A stretch of 36,520 bases of DNA, taken from positions 1 to 36,520 of the forward strand of contig JAAFKI010000023.1 of the NCBI GenBank assembly GCA_021399345.1, read 5' to 3'. Numbering within the stretch: the first letter of the stretch is position 1; the number at the start of each line of letters is the position of its first letter. Origin of the DNA: Candidatus Heimdallarchaeota archaeon. Lineage in GTDB: Archaea > Asgardarchaeota > Heimdallarchaeia > Heimdallarchaeales > Heimdallarchaeaceae. A model generated the notes under the pieces. It saw only the letters and a list, made by a program, of their open reading frames with translations, was not told where the DNA came from and ran no database searches. The position numbers were made by a program, and so were the translations under genes. Below, in pieces: positions 20,019 through 29,490 of this stretch.

Positions 20019-20978
20019 ATGATAAATGAAAAAGAAGTTACTTCAATTAGACCTTGGTGGTCAATAACTCTAGTATTAGTTCTATATGTGATTTTCTTGT
20101 TGGTTCCAAGTCTAGTACTGAATCTATTAGCTATAAATAATGCAGAAGTTTTTAATTGGTATTTGAATAATATTGTAAACTTTTGGTTAATTAATTTCGC
20201 ACTTATGACAGCTTTATGGTTAGTTATTGTACCTCTTCTGAAATTACCTGATAATAAGAAATCCTTCAAAGAATATCTTAATAGTATCAATCTTAACAAG
20301 TTCAAACCTGTAATCAAAACAATAGGTTTAGGTATCTTGATAGGTGGGATTATCCTGTGTTTTGTCGTCTTTACAAGTTGGTTGGAAGCAAAGTCTAGAG
20401 GAGGATTACAAATCTTTTATGGGCGTTTATTAGTAGAGAAAACAATACCTCTAAACATTTATTATGCTCTAGCCCCTGGGATTTGGGAGGAAGTGGCGTT
20501 TCGAGGTGTTATTTTTGCTTTATTGTTGAAAAAATATTCACAGAGAAAGACAATCATTATTAATGGAGTTATGTTTGGTTTGTTCCATCTGCTTAATCTG
20601 GTTTCTTTATTCTTCATGTTTGGTTATGAAACAGAGATAATTCTCAGTTTAGTGTATTCTATTTTGTTCCAGGTAATTTATGCTACAGCAATAGGTATAC
20701 TCCTGGCTTATCTATACTCGAAGACAAAGAGCCTGATTTCGGTTATCATAATCCATTATCTCATAGATGCTTTCGTCACTTTCCTAACATTTGTGATCTA
20801 TTCCCCTGAAACAACAATGACTGATACAGTTATCCGCTTGTTAATGATGACTACTTTAGGGATAGGAATAGTTCCATGTGCCGTTGGATGCTTAATTATC
20901 TATTTTGTCTATAAAAAGTGGCCTAACAAAACGGAGGGTTTGAAAGCTAAATTAGAACCTTCTATTGATATGGTTTAA
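20019..20978 (+). CDS. CPBP intramembrane metalloprotease, tandem paralog
   Basis: PGIWEEVAFRG, FGLFH, IIHYLID; AGGTGA SD. Confidence 0.9.
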   Translation: MINEKEVTSIRPWWSITLVLVLYVIFLLVPSLVLNLLAINNAEVFNWYLNNIVNFWLINFALMTALWLVIVPLLKLPDNKKSFKEYLNSINLNKFKPVIKTIGLGILIGGIILCFVVFTSWLEAKSRGGLQIFYGRLLVEKTIPLNIYYALAPGIWEEVAFRGVIFALLLKKYSQRKTIIINGVMFGLFHLLNLVSLFFMFGYETEIILSLVYSILFQVIYATAIGILLAYLYSKTKSLISVIIIHYLIDAFVTFLTFVIYSPETTMTDTVIRLLMMTTLGIGIVPCAVGCLIIYFVYKKWPNKTEGLKAKLEPSIDMV

Positions 20979-21076
20979 GAAAAGCATCTTCAAATGTTGA
21001 GAAGACTAATTCTAAATTTCTACAATCTAATAAGAAGAAAAGCATTTAATGAAGTGATTTTGTTCCAATATCACCC

Positions 21077-21985
21077 ATGAATATGAGTAACTCTCAGCCT
21101 AAATTTAGTCGTTTAGTTTCGTTTAGTATATGTATAGTTTCATATATTATAGCATTGGGTGCCGCTGCAGGCGTCCTTTTTGGAATAAATGGCTTAGTTC
21201 ATCCTTTATTGGCAACTCTGATTGCTGATGTAGTTGCAACTCTAGTAATCTACTTAATTAGTACAATATTCAAAAATACAAGTTTATATGATCCCTATTG
21301 GAGTGTTATCCCTATTGTCATAATTTTCTATTGGATCATTTCTATAGCTCCTGTGATTGGTTTCAAATCTTCTCACATCTGGATTATGGTTATTGTTGGA
21401 GTTTGGGGAGTAAGGTTAACATATAATTGGGCTAGAGGTTGGAAAGGACTTCATCATGAAGACTGGAGATATGCTGATTTTAGAAAAAATTATCCTAAAA
21501 TTTTTTGGTTTATTAATTTGACTGGACTACAACTTATGCCAACATTGGTGGTGTATGCAGGTTGTTTATCTCTCTACCCTGCTATAATTTCTCCAACTCT
21601 CGAAACCATGAACATCTTCTTCTGGTTAGGTTTAATGATCTGTATTGGAGCAATCATTTTGGAAGCAGTAGCAGATGAACAGTTAAAGATTTTTAATGAT
21701 AAGAAAAGGGAAGGAGAATTGTTTATTAGAGGTTTATGGGCTACTTCTAGACATCCTAACTATTTGGGAGAAATTGGCTTTTGGTTGGGATTATATTTCT
21801 TTTCGCTTGCAGCTGATTTTAGCTACTGGTGGACAATTGTAGGACCATTAGTTGTAACTCTACTATTTGTAGTAATTAGCATTCCAATGATTGAGAAGAA
21901 ATTGTTGAAGAAATATCCAACCTATAAGATATATAAAAAGAAAGTCCCAATGCTCATTCCTTGGTTTAAGAGAAGGAAAACCTAA
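21077..21985 (+). CDS. DUF1295 / steroid 5-alpha-reductase-like membrane protein
   Basis: YDPYWS, WGVRL, EDWRY, ADEQL, GLWATSRHPNYLGE. Confidence 0.9.
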   Translation: MNMSNSQPKFSRLVSFSICIVSYIIALGAAAGVLFGINGLVHPLLATLIADVVATLVIYLISTIFKNTSLYDPYWSVIPIVIIFYWIISIAPVIGFKSSHIWIMVIVGVWGVRLTYNWARGWKGLHHEDWRYADFRKNYPKIFWFINLTGLQLMPTLVVYAGCLSLYPAIISPTLETMNIFFWLGLMICIGAIILEAVADEQLKIFNDKKREGELFIRGLWATSRHPNYLGEIGFWLGLYFFSLAADFSYWWTIVGPLVVTLLFVVISIPMIEKKLLKKYPTYKIYKKKVPMLIPWFKRRKT

Positions 21986-22086
21986 CCTTAGAAGTTTTAG
22001 GGATTTATTTCTTCTTTTGCTTAATTTTGATAATATGCACTATTTTTGGATAAAGCTTAAATTTATCATAAGAAATTGATTTAATA

Positions 22087-23151
22087 GTGATTTACTTGAA
22101 AATCAAAGAACGTGTAAAGAATATTTACTTGAAAATCAAAGAACATGTAAAGAATAATAAGAGAAAGTATGTATTTTATGGGATACTACTTGCATTATTT
22201 ATTGCCATATTTACTGTATACTTAACTGCTAAAATTACGGATGACAATCTTGTAGAAAATGTTTACAATTCGAGAATGGAACAAAATCTTGATTGGTATT
22301 TCATTAATGGGACATTAAAAGCAGACGCACCACTGTTGGCTACATTTGACGGTTTTCTATCTGAATATATTGATGACTTTTTCATTTATTTTGTAAGTGC
22401 TATTGTTATCTTGTGGGTAGCAAATCTGATTCTACGTGCGGTTAAAAAGCGTGTATCACCCGATATCCACAATACTTTACATGTTTTGATTCGATCAATA
22501 GTTTTACCAGTCTTCATAGTAGCATATATTAGCAAATTTGAACCTTTCACAGGGTCGATCATAGGTGTTGCAGCAACTCTGGGTGCAGCTTTTGGTATAG
22601 CTGCTGCAAGGTCAGTAGGCGATTTAATATCTGGACTCTCAATGGTATTCTCTAAACATCATAATGTAGGAGACTATATTTTCATACCAGAAATGAATGT
22701 TGAAGGTGTAGTACAGAGCATTTCAGTCACCTATATTACTATTATTCAACCAAATGAAACCACAGCAGTTATCCCTATTAGAAAAATAAGAGAGCACGAG
22801 ATAATCAACATTGCAATTGCAGAATATGAGGAACATAAAGATAAAGATATCTCTAAATTCTTTATGTATGGTGAAAGAATTGCTAAAACAGATTATGTAT
22901 ACCCACTAAACTGGGCTACTCACTCTGACGATAGACACTCTGATGCTGTTAAAGCAATAGAAAAAACTGCCTTGGAATATAATGACCGATTAAATGAACC
23001 TGTTGAATGGTGTATTCATTCAAGAGATAGATTAAATCGTTTATATCAAATCAAATTGACTGTTTTGGTACCTGACGAACTACTAACTCTTATATCAGCT
23101 TTCCTAAAAACATTAGAAAGCAACTATGAAAAAATAAAAAACAAGAAATAA
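22087..23151 (+). CDS. Small-conductance mechanosensitive channel (MscS family)
   Basis: TM helices followed by AAFGIAAARSVGDLISGL..VGDYI...EGVV..I. Confidence 0.75.
   Translation: MIYLKIKERVKNIYLKIKEHVKNNKRKYVFYGILLALFIAIFTVYLTAKITDDNLVENVYNSRMEQNLDWYFINGTLKADAPLLATFDGFLSEYIDDFFIYFVSAIVILWVANLILRAVKKRVSPDIHNTLHVLIRSIVLPVFIVAYISKFEPFTGSIIGVAATLGAAFGIAAARSVGDLISGLSMVFSKHHNVGDYIFIPEMNVEGVVQSISVTYITIIQPNETTAVIPIRKIREHEIINIAIAEYEEHKDKDISKFFMYGERIAKTDYVYPLNWATHSDDRHSDAVKAIEKTALEYNDRLNEPVEWCIHSRDRLNRLYQIKLTVLVPDELLTLISAFLKTLESNYEKIKNKK
22090..22155 (+). repeat. 33-bp tandem duplication at the 5' end of the MscS gene
   Basis: atttacttgaaaatcaaagaacRtgtaaagaat x2 (22090-22122, 22123-22155), one mismatch; encodes IYLKIKE(R/H)VKN twice. 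Confidence 0.95.
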
Positions 23152-23154
23152 AAA

Positions 23155-23178
23155 ATAGGGAGAGTTTTCTCTCTCTAT
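23155..23178. terminator. Hairpin between convergent genes, possible bidirectional terminator
   Basis: ATAGGGAGAG-TTTT-CTCTCTCTAT stem-loop between stops at 23151 and 23175, preceded by an A run. Confidence 0.5.
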
Positions 23179-23708
23179 ACCCAGAGTTGGAAGAAGTACA
23201 GAAGTATGATTCCCGCAATTAAGAGTATTAATCCGTTTAAGAACAGAAAAAGTTTTGATGCTTTAGGAGGTAAGGTTTTTCTTCCAGCTTCATTAACCCA
23301 GAAAAGATGAATTAAAGCAGATCCTTTCCAGCTTTCAGGTCTGAGGTCCATAAACAGATGAGATGCATGACCTATCAGATAAAAAGCATAAACAGGTGCT
23401 AAGAAGTTGCTAAAAGTATTTACAGTATAGAGTGGTATACAGAGTAAAACTGGAAGCAATACTGAATGTGTTACGATATTTCTGTGTGGAAGAATTTTTT
23501 TCCATATAATATCATAATCCGGAAGTTGTGCTCCAAAGTGCGTTGCCATAAATGATAGAACTATCCATATTGAATGTAATTCTAATCCGGCAAGATCTCC
23601 TGCTAATCCTAAATCAATAAAGCCAATAAAATCAAGTGCATAGAAAATTCCTAAGAAGATACCCCAAAAGAGGGTTCCTGCAAAAATATGCATTCTTCGA
23701 GATGCCAT
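23175..23708 (-). CDS. Membrane metal-dependent hydrolase-like protein
   Basis: H, AQLPDYD, PHRNIVTHS, GHASHLFMD motifs; TM helices. Confidence 0.75.
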   Translation of the reverse strand: MASRRMHIFAGTLFWGIFLGIFYALDFIGFIDLGLAGDLAGLELHSIWIVLSFMATHFGAQLPDYDIIWKKILPHRNIVTHSVLLPVLLCIPLYTVNTFSNFLAPVYAFYLIGHASHLFMDLRPESWKGSALIHLFWVNEAGRKTLPPKASKLFLFLNGLILLIAGIILLYFFQLWV

Positions 23709-23821
23709 GCCATCATTATCTATGACTAGCTTTTAAATTTTTCATACAATTTTGAAGAAGAGTTTTGTATTAGAAATTAATATTAGAATAAATAGATAAA
23801 TTAGAAGAGAAGTGAGATGAG

Positions 23822-23926
23822 TTAGAGTAAGGTTCCATTAACTAGAACCATCTTTTCTAGACTGCTGATTCTCAATTCTTTCATTATTTTTCCGATTTTT
23901 ACTGCTTTTTTCATGTTTTTCTTCAT
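23822..23926 (-). CDS. Small basic peptide (34 aa, not in ORF track)
   Basis: MKKNMKKAVKIGKIMKELRISSLEKMVLVNGTLL*, preceded by an AGGTG SD and a TTATTAAA box. Confidence 0.45.
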   Translation of the reverse strand: MKKNMKKAVKIGKIMKELRISSLEKMVLVNGTLL

Positions 23927-23969
23927 TTTTTGCACCTATCCTAACATAATCTATCCTTTAATAATAGGT

Positions 23970-23998
23970 TGACCACAAGTTATGGTCACAAGTTGTGA
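23970..23998. promoter_or_regulatory. Tandem palindromic operator-like site
   Basis: Adjacent 13-mers CCACAAGTTATGG and TCACAAGTTGTGA; TGACCA-N7-TGGTCA also present. Confidence 0.5.
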
Positions 23999-24019
23999 TA
24001 CAAAAAATGCAAAATATGA

Positions 24020-25171
24020 TCAAGGTGGAAGTAAAACCTGTCTCTCACCTGATCTGAATTTATTTAGCTGTGTTTGATACATCATCTTCATTCCTGTTTT
24101 CATCATGCTTTTATCCATATACCTTTGTAACTCTTCGTTTGATTTGAAAACATTAATCTCTCTTTGTTGATTTTTTATTGTTTGACTAGTGATTCTTCTC
24201 ATAAGTTTAGTATATTTTGATAAAGCTGATGTATTCTTCTTCTCAGCATAAGCAATAGCCCTTGCAGCAATTCTTCCAGACATTGCAGCAGCATCCATAC
24301 CTACACCTCTAACTTGATCAATTAATCCTGCAGCATCCCCTACCATAAGAATCTTATTTTGACCTAACCAAACTCGATCTTTTGCGTACATATCCATTGA
24401 AGTTTTGTAACCCTCTCTTTTGACAATCTCCCCATTAATGTTGAATTGTTCCTTCATGCTCTCATAAAACATGGTTTGATGTTTGTTAACATCACCATTG
24501 TTGTAACCTGATCCTACGACCCAGTAATCTTTCCCATCATCTAATGTTTTTGTATAAATCCACGAAAAGAGTGCATTATTCCAATCTAAATTCCAGAATT
24601 GGTAAAGCGTTTCAGGATCTAGGTCAGCGTCACCATCTATGTAGTAGTTTAGAGTAGCTCCTTCAAACCCTGAAGAAGTGTTGTGTGGTCTGATTTGTGA
24701 CCTAATTCGCGGTCTAAGACCTGTAGCATCTAAAACATATTTTGCTTTGATTTCGAACGTTTTCTTCTCATTAGGTCTAACTAGAGTGACAATATTATGG
24801 TCCTCTTTTTCTTCAACTTTTTGACAAACACATTCATCTTGAAATTCCGCACCCTCTTCTTGAGCAATTATGTTTAACCAATCATCAAAAGGCTTTCTCA
24901 TAAAGTTCAACATTTTGAATGGAGAACCAAAGGATTTGCCATTTGGTAAGTATATTTTGACTTTTTTCAATTCATAGTTGCACAATCTTTCCCTAGGAAC
25001 TTCAACACCTAACATTTTTTCGAAATATCCAAATTGTATACCTGAACAAGGTTTATTTCTGGGAGTTTTGTGTCTTTCAATAAAAAGAGTCTTCAGACCT
25101 GCTTTTGCTGCAAATCTAGCAGCTGTAGATCCAGCTATTCCTCCTCCAGCTATAAAAACATCATAATCCAT
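24020..25171 (-). CDS. Geranylgeranyl reductase-family FAD-dependent oxidoreductase
   Basis: GGGIAGS FAD motif, PRNKPCSG, LDATG, LMVGDAAG...GVGM. Confidence 0.88.
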   Translation of the reverse strand: MDYDVFIAGGGIAGSTAARFAAKAGLKTLFIERHKTPRNKPCSGIQFGYFEKMLGVEVPRERLCNYELKKVKIYLPNGKSFGSPFKMLNFMRKPFDDWLNIIAQEEGAEFQDECVCQKVEEKEDHNIVTLVRPNEKKTFEIKAKYVLDATGLRPRIRSQIRPHNTSSGFEGATLNYYIDGDADLDPETLYQFWNLDWNNALFSWIYTKTLDDGKDYWVVGSGYNNGDVNKHQTMFYESMKEQFNINGEIVKREGYKTSMDMYAKDRVWLGQNKILMVGDAAGLIDQVRGVGMDAAAMSGRIAARAIAYAEKKNTSALSKYTKLMRRITSQTIKNQQREINVFKSNEELQRYMDKSMMKTGMKMMYQTQLNKFRSGERQVLLPP

Positions 25172-25263
25172 ATTCAAAGAATTTTTTACACCCTTAAAAA
25201 CATATTAGTGTAGATTTAGTTAGTCTGAAAATTCTTATATTGAAAGTTGATAATCATGATTTA

Positions 25264-25815
25264 ATGATAATCCGCCAAGCAAAACGTTCAGATATTGAAA
25301 ATATAGCTAGTGTGCAAGTTAGATCTTGGAATACTACTTATAGAGGATTATTACCTGATGAGATTATTGATGCCAGAACAGTTGAAAGCAGAATTGAGAA
25401 TATGTCAACTCATTGGAAGGGTTTTGAAGGTGATTTAGTATCTAGAATTGTACTAGTAGCTGAAAATGACACAAAAGATATTCTAGGTTTTGCAGCAGGT
25501 GGAGACATCTTTCATAGTGGTTATTCTTATGATTCAGAAGGATATGCATTTTACGTTCTCGAAGAATATCAGCAGCAAGGAATAGGAACACTTCTGATGG
25601 ATGAACTGGTAACTTTCCTAGTATCTATGAATTTTAAATCTATGATAATTTGGGTATTGGAAGAGAATCCAGCTTGTGAATTTTACGTAAAACTTGGAGG
25701 AATAGAAAAAGAAAGAAAAATAGACAAATATGGAGAAAAAGAGTTTTTATTGATAGGATATGTTTGGGAAGATATAAGGAAACTGAAAAAAACAATACAG
25801 AAAATTTATAGTTAA
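25264..25815 (+). CDS. GNAT family N-acetyltransferase
   Basis: MIIRQAK, SWNTTYRGL, QQQGIGTLL acetyl-CoA motif, WVLEENPACEFYVKLGG. Confidence 0.9.
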   Translation: MIIRQAKRSDIENIASVQVRSWNTTYRGLLPDEIIDARTVESRIENMSTHWKGFEGDLVSRIVLVAENDTKDILGFAAGGDIFHSGYSYDSEGYAFYVLEEYQQQGIGTLLMDELVTFLVSMNFKSMIIWVLEENPACEFYVKLGGIEKERKIDKYGEKEFLLIGYVWEDIRKLKKTIQKIYS

Positions 25816-25833
25816 AGAAAACTATCGAACTTG

Positions 25834-26469
25834 ATGAATGCATCTAATCCTCACTGTATCTGTATTTGGGAAGATGAAGAGAGCTGCGAGGATTGTAATC
25901 TAAAAGGTAGACTCCATTGTCATCTTAATAAGAAATATGCAATTATTTTTGGAATTCCCTTCTTTATCGGTTTTATACCTGCTTTTGTAGGTCTAATACT
26001 TTTGAACTATCCATTGAATTTGATCTCTTCTCTTGTTTGGATTGGTTATATACTCTTCTTTTTCTTAGTCTGGGAACCACCTATACTCTGTGCTCATTGC
26101 CCATATTACGCAGAGGGAGATTCCAAGACTTTACATTGCTCAATTAATTATGGCTTTTTGAAAACTGCTAAATTCAAACCAGGCCCTACTAATTTATGGG
26201 AGAAAATACAGTTCTTAATTGGGGCAAACATAATATTTGCAATACCTATTGTGTTTCTAGCAATCGAGGGGAAGTGGGTTTTTCTAGGACTAACTGTTTT
26301 TGGAGTAGTTTTATGGTATTTAGTAATTCAATTGAAAGTCTGTACAGATTGTATCAATTTCTCTTGTGTCCTTAACAGAGTACCCAAAGAAATCAGAGAT
26401 GAATTTCTCAAAAAGAATCCTGAAATGTATGAAGCTTGGAAAAAGAGTGGGTACAAATTTGATGAATGA
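25834..26469 (+). CDS. Cys-rich four-TM membrane protein, uncharacterised
   Basis: Four hydrophobic helices and three soluble Cys clusters (CIC..CEDC..HCH; CAHCPYY..LHC; CTDCINFSCVLN). Confidence 0.75.
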   Translation: MNASNPHCICIWEDEESCEDCNLKGRLHCHLNKKYAIIFGIPFFIGFIPAFVGLILLNYPLNLISSLVWIGYILFFFLVWEPPILCAHCPYYAEGDSKTLHCSINYGFLKTAKFKPGPTNLWEKIQFLIGANIIFAIPIVFLAIEGKWVFLGLTVFGVVLWYLVIQLKVCTDCINFSCVLNRVPKEIRDEFLKKNPEMYEAWKKSGYKFDE

Positions 26470-26472
26470 TTT

Positions 26473-27270
26473 CTAAAGTAATTTGAGCATTCCTTTAATG
26501 TTACCAGAGAAAATCATTTCTCTTGTTTGTTCATCAAGGTTAAGTTTTGAATATCTTTTCTTGTCTTCTTTAAGAACTTCACTTATTTGATCAGGATAAA
26601 CATGGGTACCAAAAACGACATTTTGGAAAGCGTTTTTCCACCACAGATATTTCTCAAAACCTTCTTCATCCAGTTTAGATCTCCATCCTTCTGAAACATC
26701 TGTTAAATCAACATAAACATTATGACGCATTCGAGCAAGTTCTGCAGCATCTTTATTCCAATGTCCTCCAAAATGAGCTAAAATGATATTCAAATCAGGG
26801 AAGGAATTGGCAATTGGTTCTATTTGTAATGGATGCATATCTAAAGAGAGAATGATGTCTTTAGGAGAGGATTCTGAAACAGTTACTAGACCAGTATGAA
26901 ATAGGATAGGCATTCCTAATCTCTGAGCTGCACCCCAAAGTGGATAAAATGATTGATCACTATAGGGTTTTTTTGGGATTATGGCTTTAAGCATTCTGAA
27001 GCCCTGCTCATATGCATCTTGAATATTTAGAGTATTGGTAACTCCTGGTCGAACAAAGTACGTACCTATGAAACGAGGTTTAAAATTCTCAACAATTTCA
27101 AGTATTTCTTTATTAGATACTGAGTTAAACATTGACCCTAATCCACTGATGCACGCCTTTGAGATATCTAACCTATTCATTTCAGTTAAGAGTTCTAAAA
27201 CGTGGTCTGGTGTTGAAGAGATGTGGGAATGAGAATCAATGACATCCATTAGTATAAATTTATTATCCAT
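26473..27270 (-). CDS. Amidohydrolase_2 family TIM-barrel protein
   Basis: IDSHSH, PILFHTG, ILAHFG, NVYVDL, VVFGT. Confidence 0.85.
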   Translation of the reverse strand: MDNKFILMDVIDSHSHISSTPDHVLELLTEMNRLDISKACISGLGSMFNSVSNKEILEIVENFKPRFIGTYFVRPGVTNTLNIQDAYEQGFRMLKAIIPKKPYSDQSFYPLWGAAQRLGMPILFHTGLVTVSESSPKDIILSLDMHPLQIEPIANSFPDLNIILAHFGGHWNKDAAELARMRHNVYVDLTDVSEGWRSKLDEEGFEKYLWWKNAFQNVVFGTHVYPDQISEVLKEDKKRYSKLNLDEQTREMIFSGNIKGMLKLL

Positions 27271-27325
27271 TTAATTAAATCTATCTTTACTCTTAATGTC
27301 AAGTTATAATTTTACACATTTCTAA

Positions 27326-27526
27326 CTAGACTTTCTTATAGAGAACATATTCTACAGGAACAATGTGCCCCTTATTGTAATGATGAAGAACTGAATCTAA
27401 ATCTTTTGGAGCATAATGATTATTTATGCAACATAATGCAGCTATCTCAGAAATCTCATACCAATTTTTTCCATCAACACTACATTTTGCGATATCATAT
27501 AAGTTAGTAAATAATTCACTTTTCAT
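27326..27526 (-). CDS. Small hypothetical protein
   Basis: 66 aa ATG-initiated ORF filling an intergenic gap. Confidence 0.45.
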   Translation of the reverse strand: MKSELFTNLYDIAKCSVDGKNWYEISEIAALCCINNHYAPKDLDSVLHHYNKGHIVPVEYVLYKKV

Positions 27527-27669
27527 CTCATATGTGAAATTAGAATTGCATATAAAAACAGAGAAAATATCTGAGTTTAAAAAAGAAATTCACTCAATAG
27601 ATTAATAATGGTTTGAAAACTAAAGTGAATGTTTACAAATAAACTTCTAATAACAAGAGATGTAATTTA

Positions 27670-28542
27670 ATGCAAATTGAGAACCATAAGTGTTTTAGTT
27701 TAACTAAGAAAGGAAAATCTAAGCCTGAAGATATAATAAAAGCTAGACTAGAACGAGTAGATTCTGTTACAAAGTTTTTCAGATTGATTCAACCAGAAGA
27801 TCTTAGTTTCTATATTTCAAAATTGAAAGAGATGTTTAGTGAAGCTGTAGGTGATTATGATTTTAATTATAATGCTTTTAATTGGAAAATAATTAGAGAA
27901 AGGTTGGAATTGATACCAAATTTCCCTGACTTAGAGAAATCGGTCTTTCTTTTCGTATGTAAGACAATCAAGTTACCTAATAACTATACATCAGATAAAG
28001 GAGAAATTGAATTATTTCATTTCGATCGCATCAAGGCTCTCGAAAGAACCTCATATTACCTGGTAAAAGCTTTAGCTGATACCTACGGAAAAGAGGAAGG
28101 AACAAGAATCTATAAACAAATAGTCCCCTATTTAATAAAAGAAATGAGGTCTGAAGATAAAACAGAAAAACCACCAGATCCCAAAACAATTACGATTCTG
28201 GATTCCAATAAGAATTCAATAGAAAGATGGTGTAAAATGGGTCTTGCAGATTTTGCATTTTGTATATTTGATGATCATAAAGTGATCTATCGTTTTGATA
28301 GTTGCTTAACACCAGAAGCTCTGAAAGAATTCAATGACCCAGATATTGCTTACTTGAGTTCCTGCTATATTGCAGATGTTCCAGAATTTAATGAAGGTAG
28401 AACAATCCACCTTAGAAGAACTCAAACTTTACATCATGCCAAATTCTGTGATGAATTATATTGGAATAACCATGTTCATCCAGATGTTGAACAACCTTCT
28501 TTAGAGTTTACTGAAAATCTGGGGAAGAAATTGGAGGAATAA
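27670..28542 (+). CDS. L-2-amino-thiazoline-4-carboxylate hydrolase-like protein (V4R-type ligand-binding fold)
   Basis: YRFDSC..EALK...DIAYLSSCYIAD...LRRTQTL...FCD pattern. Confidence 0.65.
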   Translation: MQIENHKCFSLTKKGKSKPEDIIKARLERVDSVTKFFRLIQPEDLSFYISKLKEMFSEAVGDYDFNYNAFNWKIIRERLELIPNFPDLEKSVFLFVCKTIKLPNNYTSDKGEIELFHFDRIKALERTSYYLVKALADTYGKEEGTRIYKQIVPYLIKEMRSEDKTEKPPDPKTITILDSNKNSIERWCKMGLADFAFCIFDDHKVIYRFDSCLTPEALKEFNDPDIAYLSSCYIADVPEFNEGRTIHLRRTQTLHHAKFCDELYWNNHVHPDVEQPSLEFTENLGKKLEE

Positions 28543-28545
28543 AAA

Positions 28546-28830
28546 GTGGAAGTTTTTAGAACAGGAAAGTATCATTTCAGTGATCTTGATAAATTTCAGG
28601 AGTTACAACCCTTAGAATCTGCTAAACGAACCATCTTGAAAAGACTGAATTACCTGATTGGATTTATGATGAGTTTTTGTCATGTTGGCATCTTAACAAT
28701 GGAACATATAATAGTTGCAGGAGATTCATATTGCTCTTGTATTCTCCATGATACAAGGATAAATGATGATTTAACTCATCCATCTAAGGAGTTTTTCGAC
28801 AATATGTGGAGTTTGAAGGAACATCAATAA
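28546..28830 (+). pseudogene. Internally deleted paralog of the ATC-hydrolase-like family
   Basis: Only 94 aa. The N-terminal ILKRLNYLIGF segment joins directly to a C-terminal LTMEH..AGDSYC..HD..LTHPSKEFFDN that parallels LRRTQT..FCD..PSLEFTEN of the upstream gene. Confidence 0.45.
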
Positions 28831-28908
28831 CCTTAGAGTTTCTATAATTCGGTAGTTAGATTACACTTTAATAAGAGTTTTATACACTCAAATCTATTTC
28901 TAATTATC

Positions 28909-29307
28909 ATGAGTGAAAGAGAGATCAAGTATTACAAACTATTAGCTAAATTTTATGATACTAAAGAGAAATTTTTTGATGTTAAAGAGGATTTAGATGA
29001 GTTAGAAGGAAAGAAAGTTAATTTTAAGAAAAAGAATGCAGAAGTCAATCAAGAGTTACAAGAACGATTAATGAAAATAAATAAACTGAAAGAGAGTGGA
29101 AAAGGAGACAAAGTTCTCAAGGAAGAAGCTAAATTTAAGAAAAAAGAAGTTACTATAGCAGAAAATAAATCCAAAATTCAAAGCATTCTTATGAAAATTG
29201 AAAAGAAGAAATTAGAATTTCAGAAAGTTAGAGCTGAAATGGAAAAAACCGAAGCTCAAATCAAGACAGAATATTCTGATAAATTCACAGAATTATTGTC
29301 TGAGTAA
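28909..29307 (+). CDS. Coiled-coil helical-hairpin protein
   Basis: K/E-rich heptads, no Pro, central ESGKGD turn. Confidence 0.7.
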   Translation: MSEREIKYYKLLAKFYDTKEKFFDVKEDLDELEGKKVNFKKKNAEVNQELQERLMKINKLKESGKGDKVLKEEAKFKKKEVTIAENKSKIQSILMKIEKKKLEFQKVRAEMEKTEAQIKTEYSDKFTELLSE

Positions 29308-29490
29308 ACAATTACAAAAACTAGCTAAGGACTTTTTCTTGTGTCTTTCTTTTTCCTTTAAAATTCCTAGAAAGAGTATCCAAAGCTTCTCTACTTGAAT
29401 ATCCTTCAAAACAACTTTTTTAAACAATTATTCAGCTATCTTACTTGTTAGAAAGTGGCTCAAACCATACATAATATTACTTTATAAAAG

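Noticed and set aside
19035-20978. CAAX proteases as processing enzymes for the Rab-like GTPase
   Set aside because: The GTPase has no C-terminal Cys, and CPBP proteins are widespread without prenylation.
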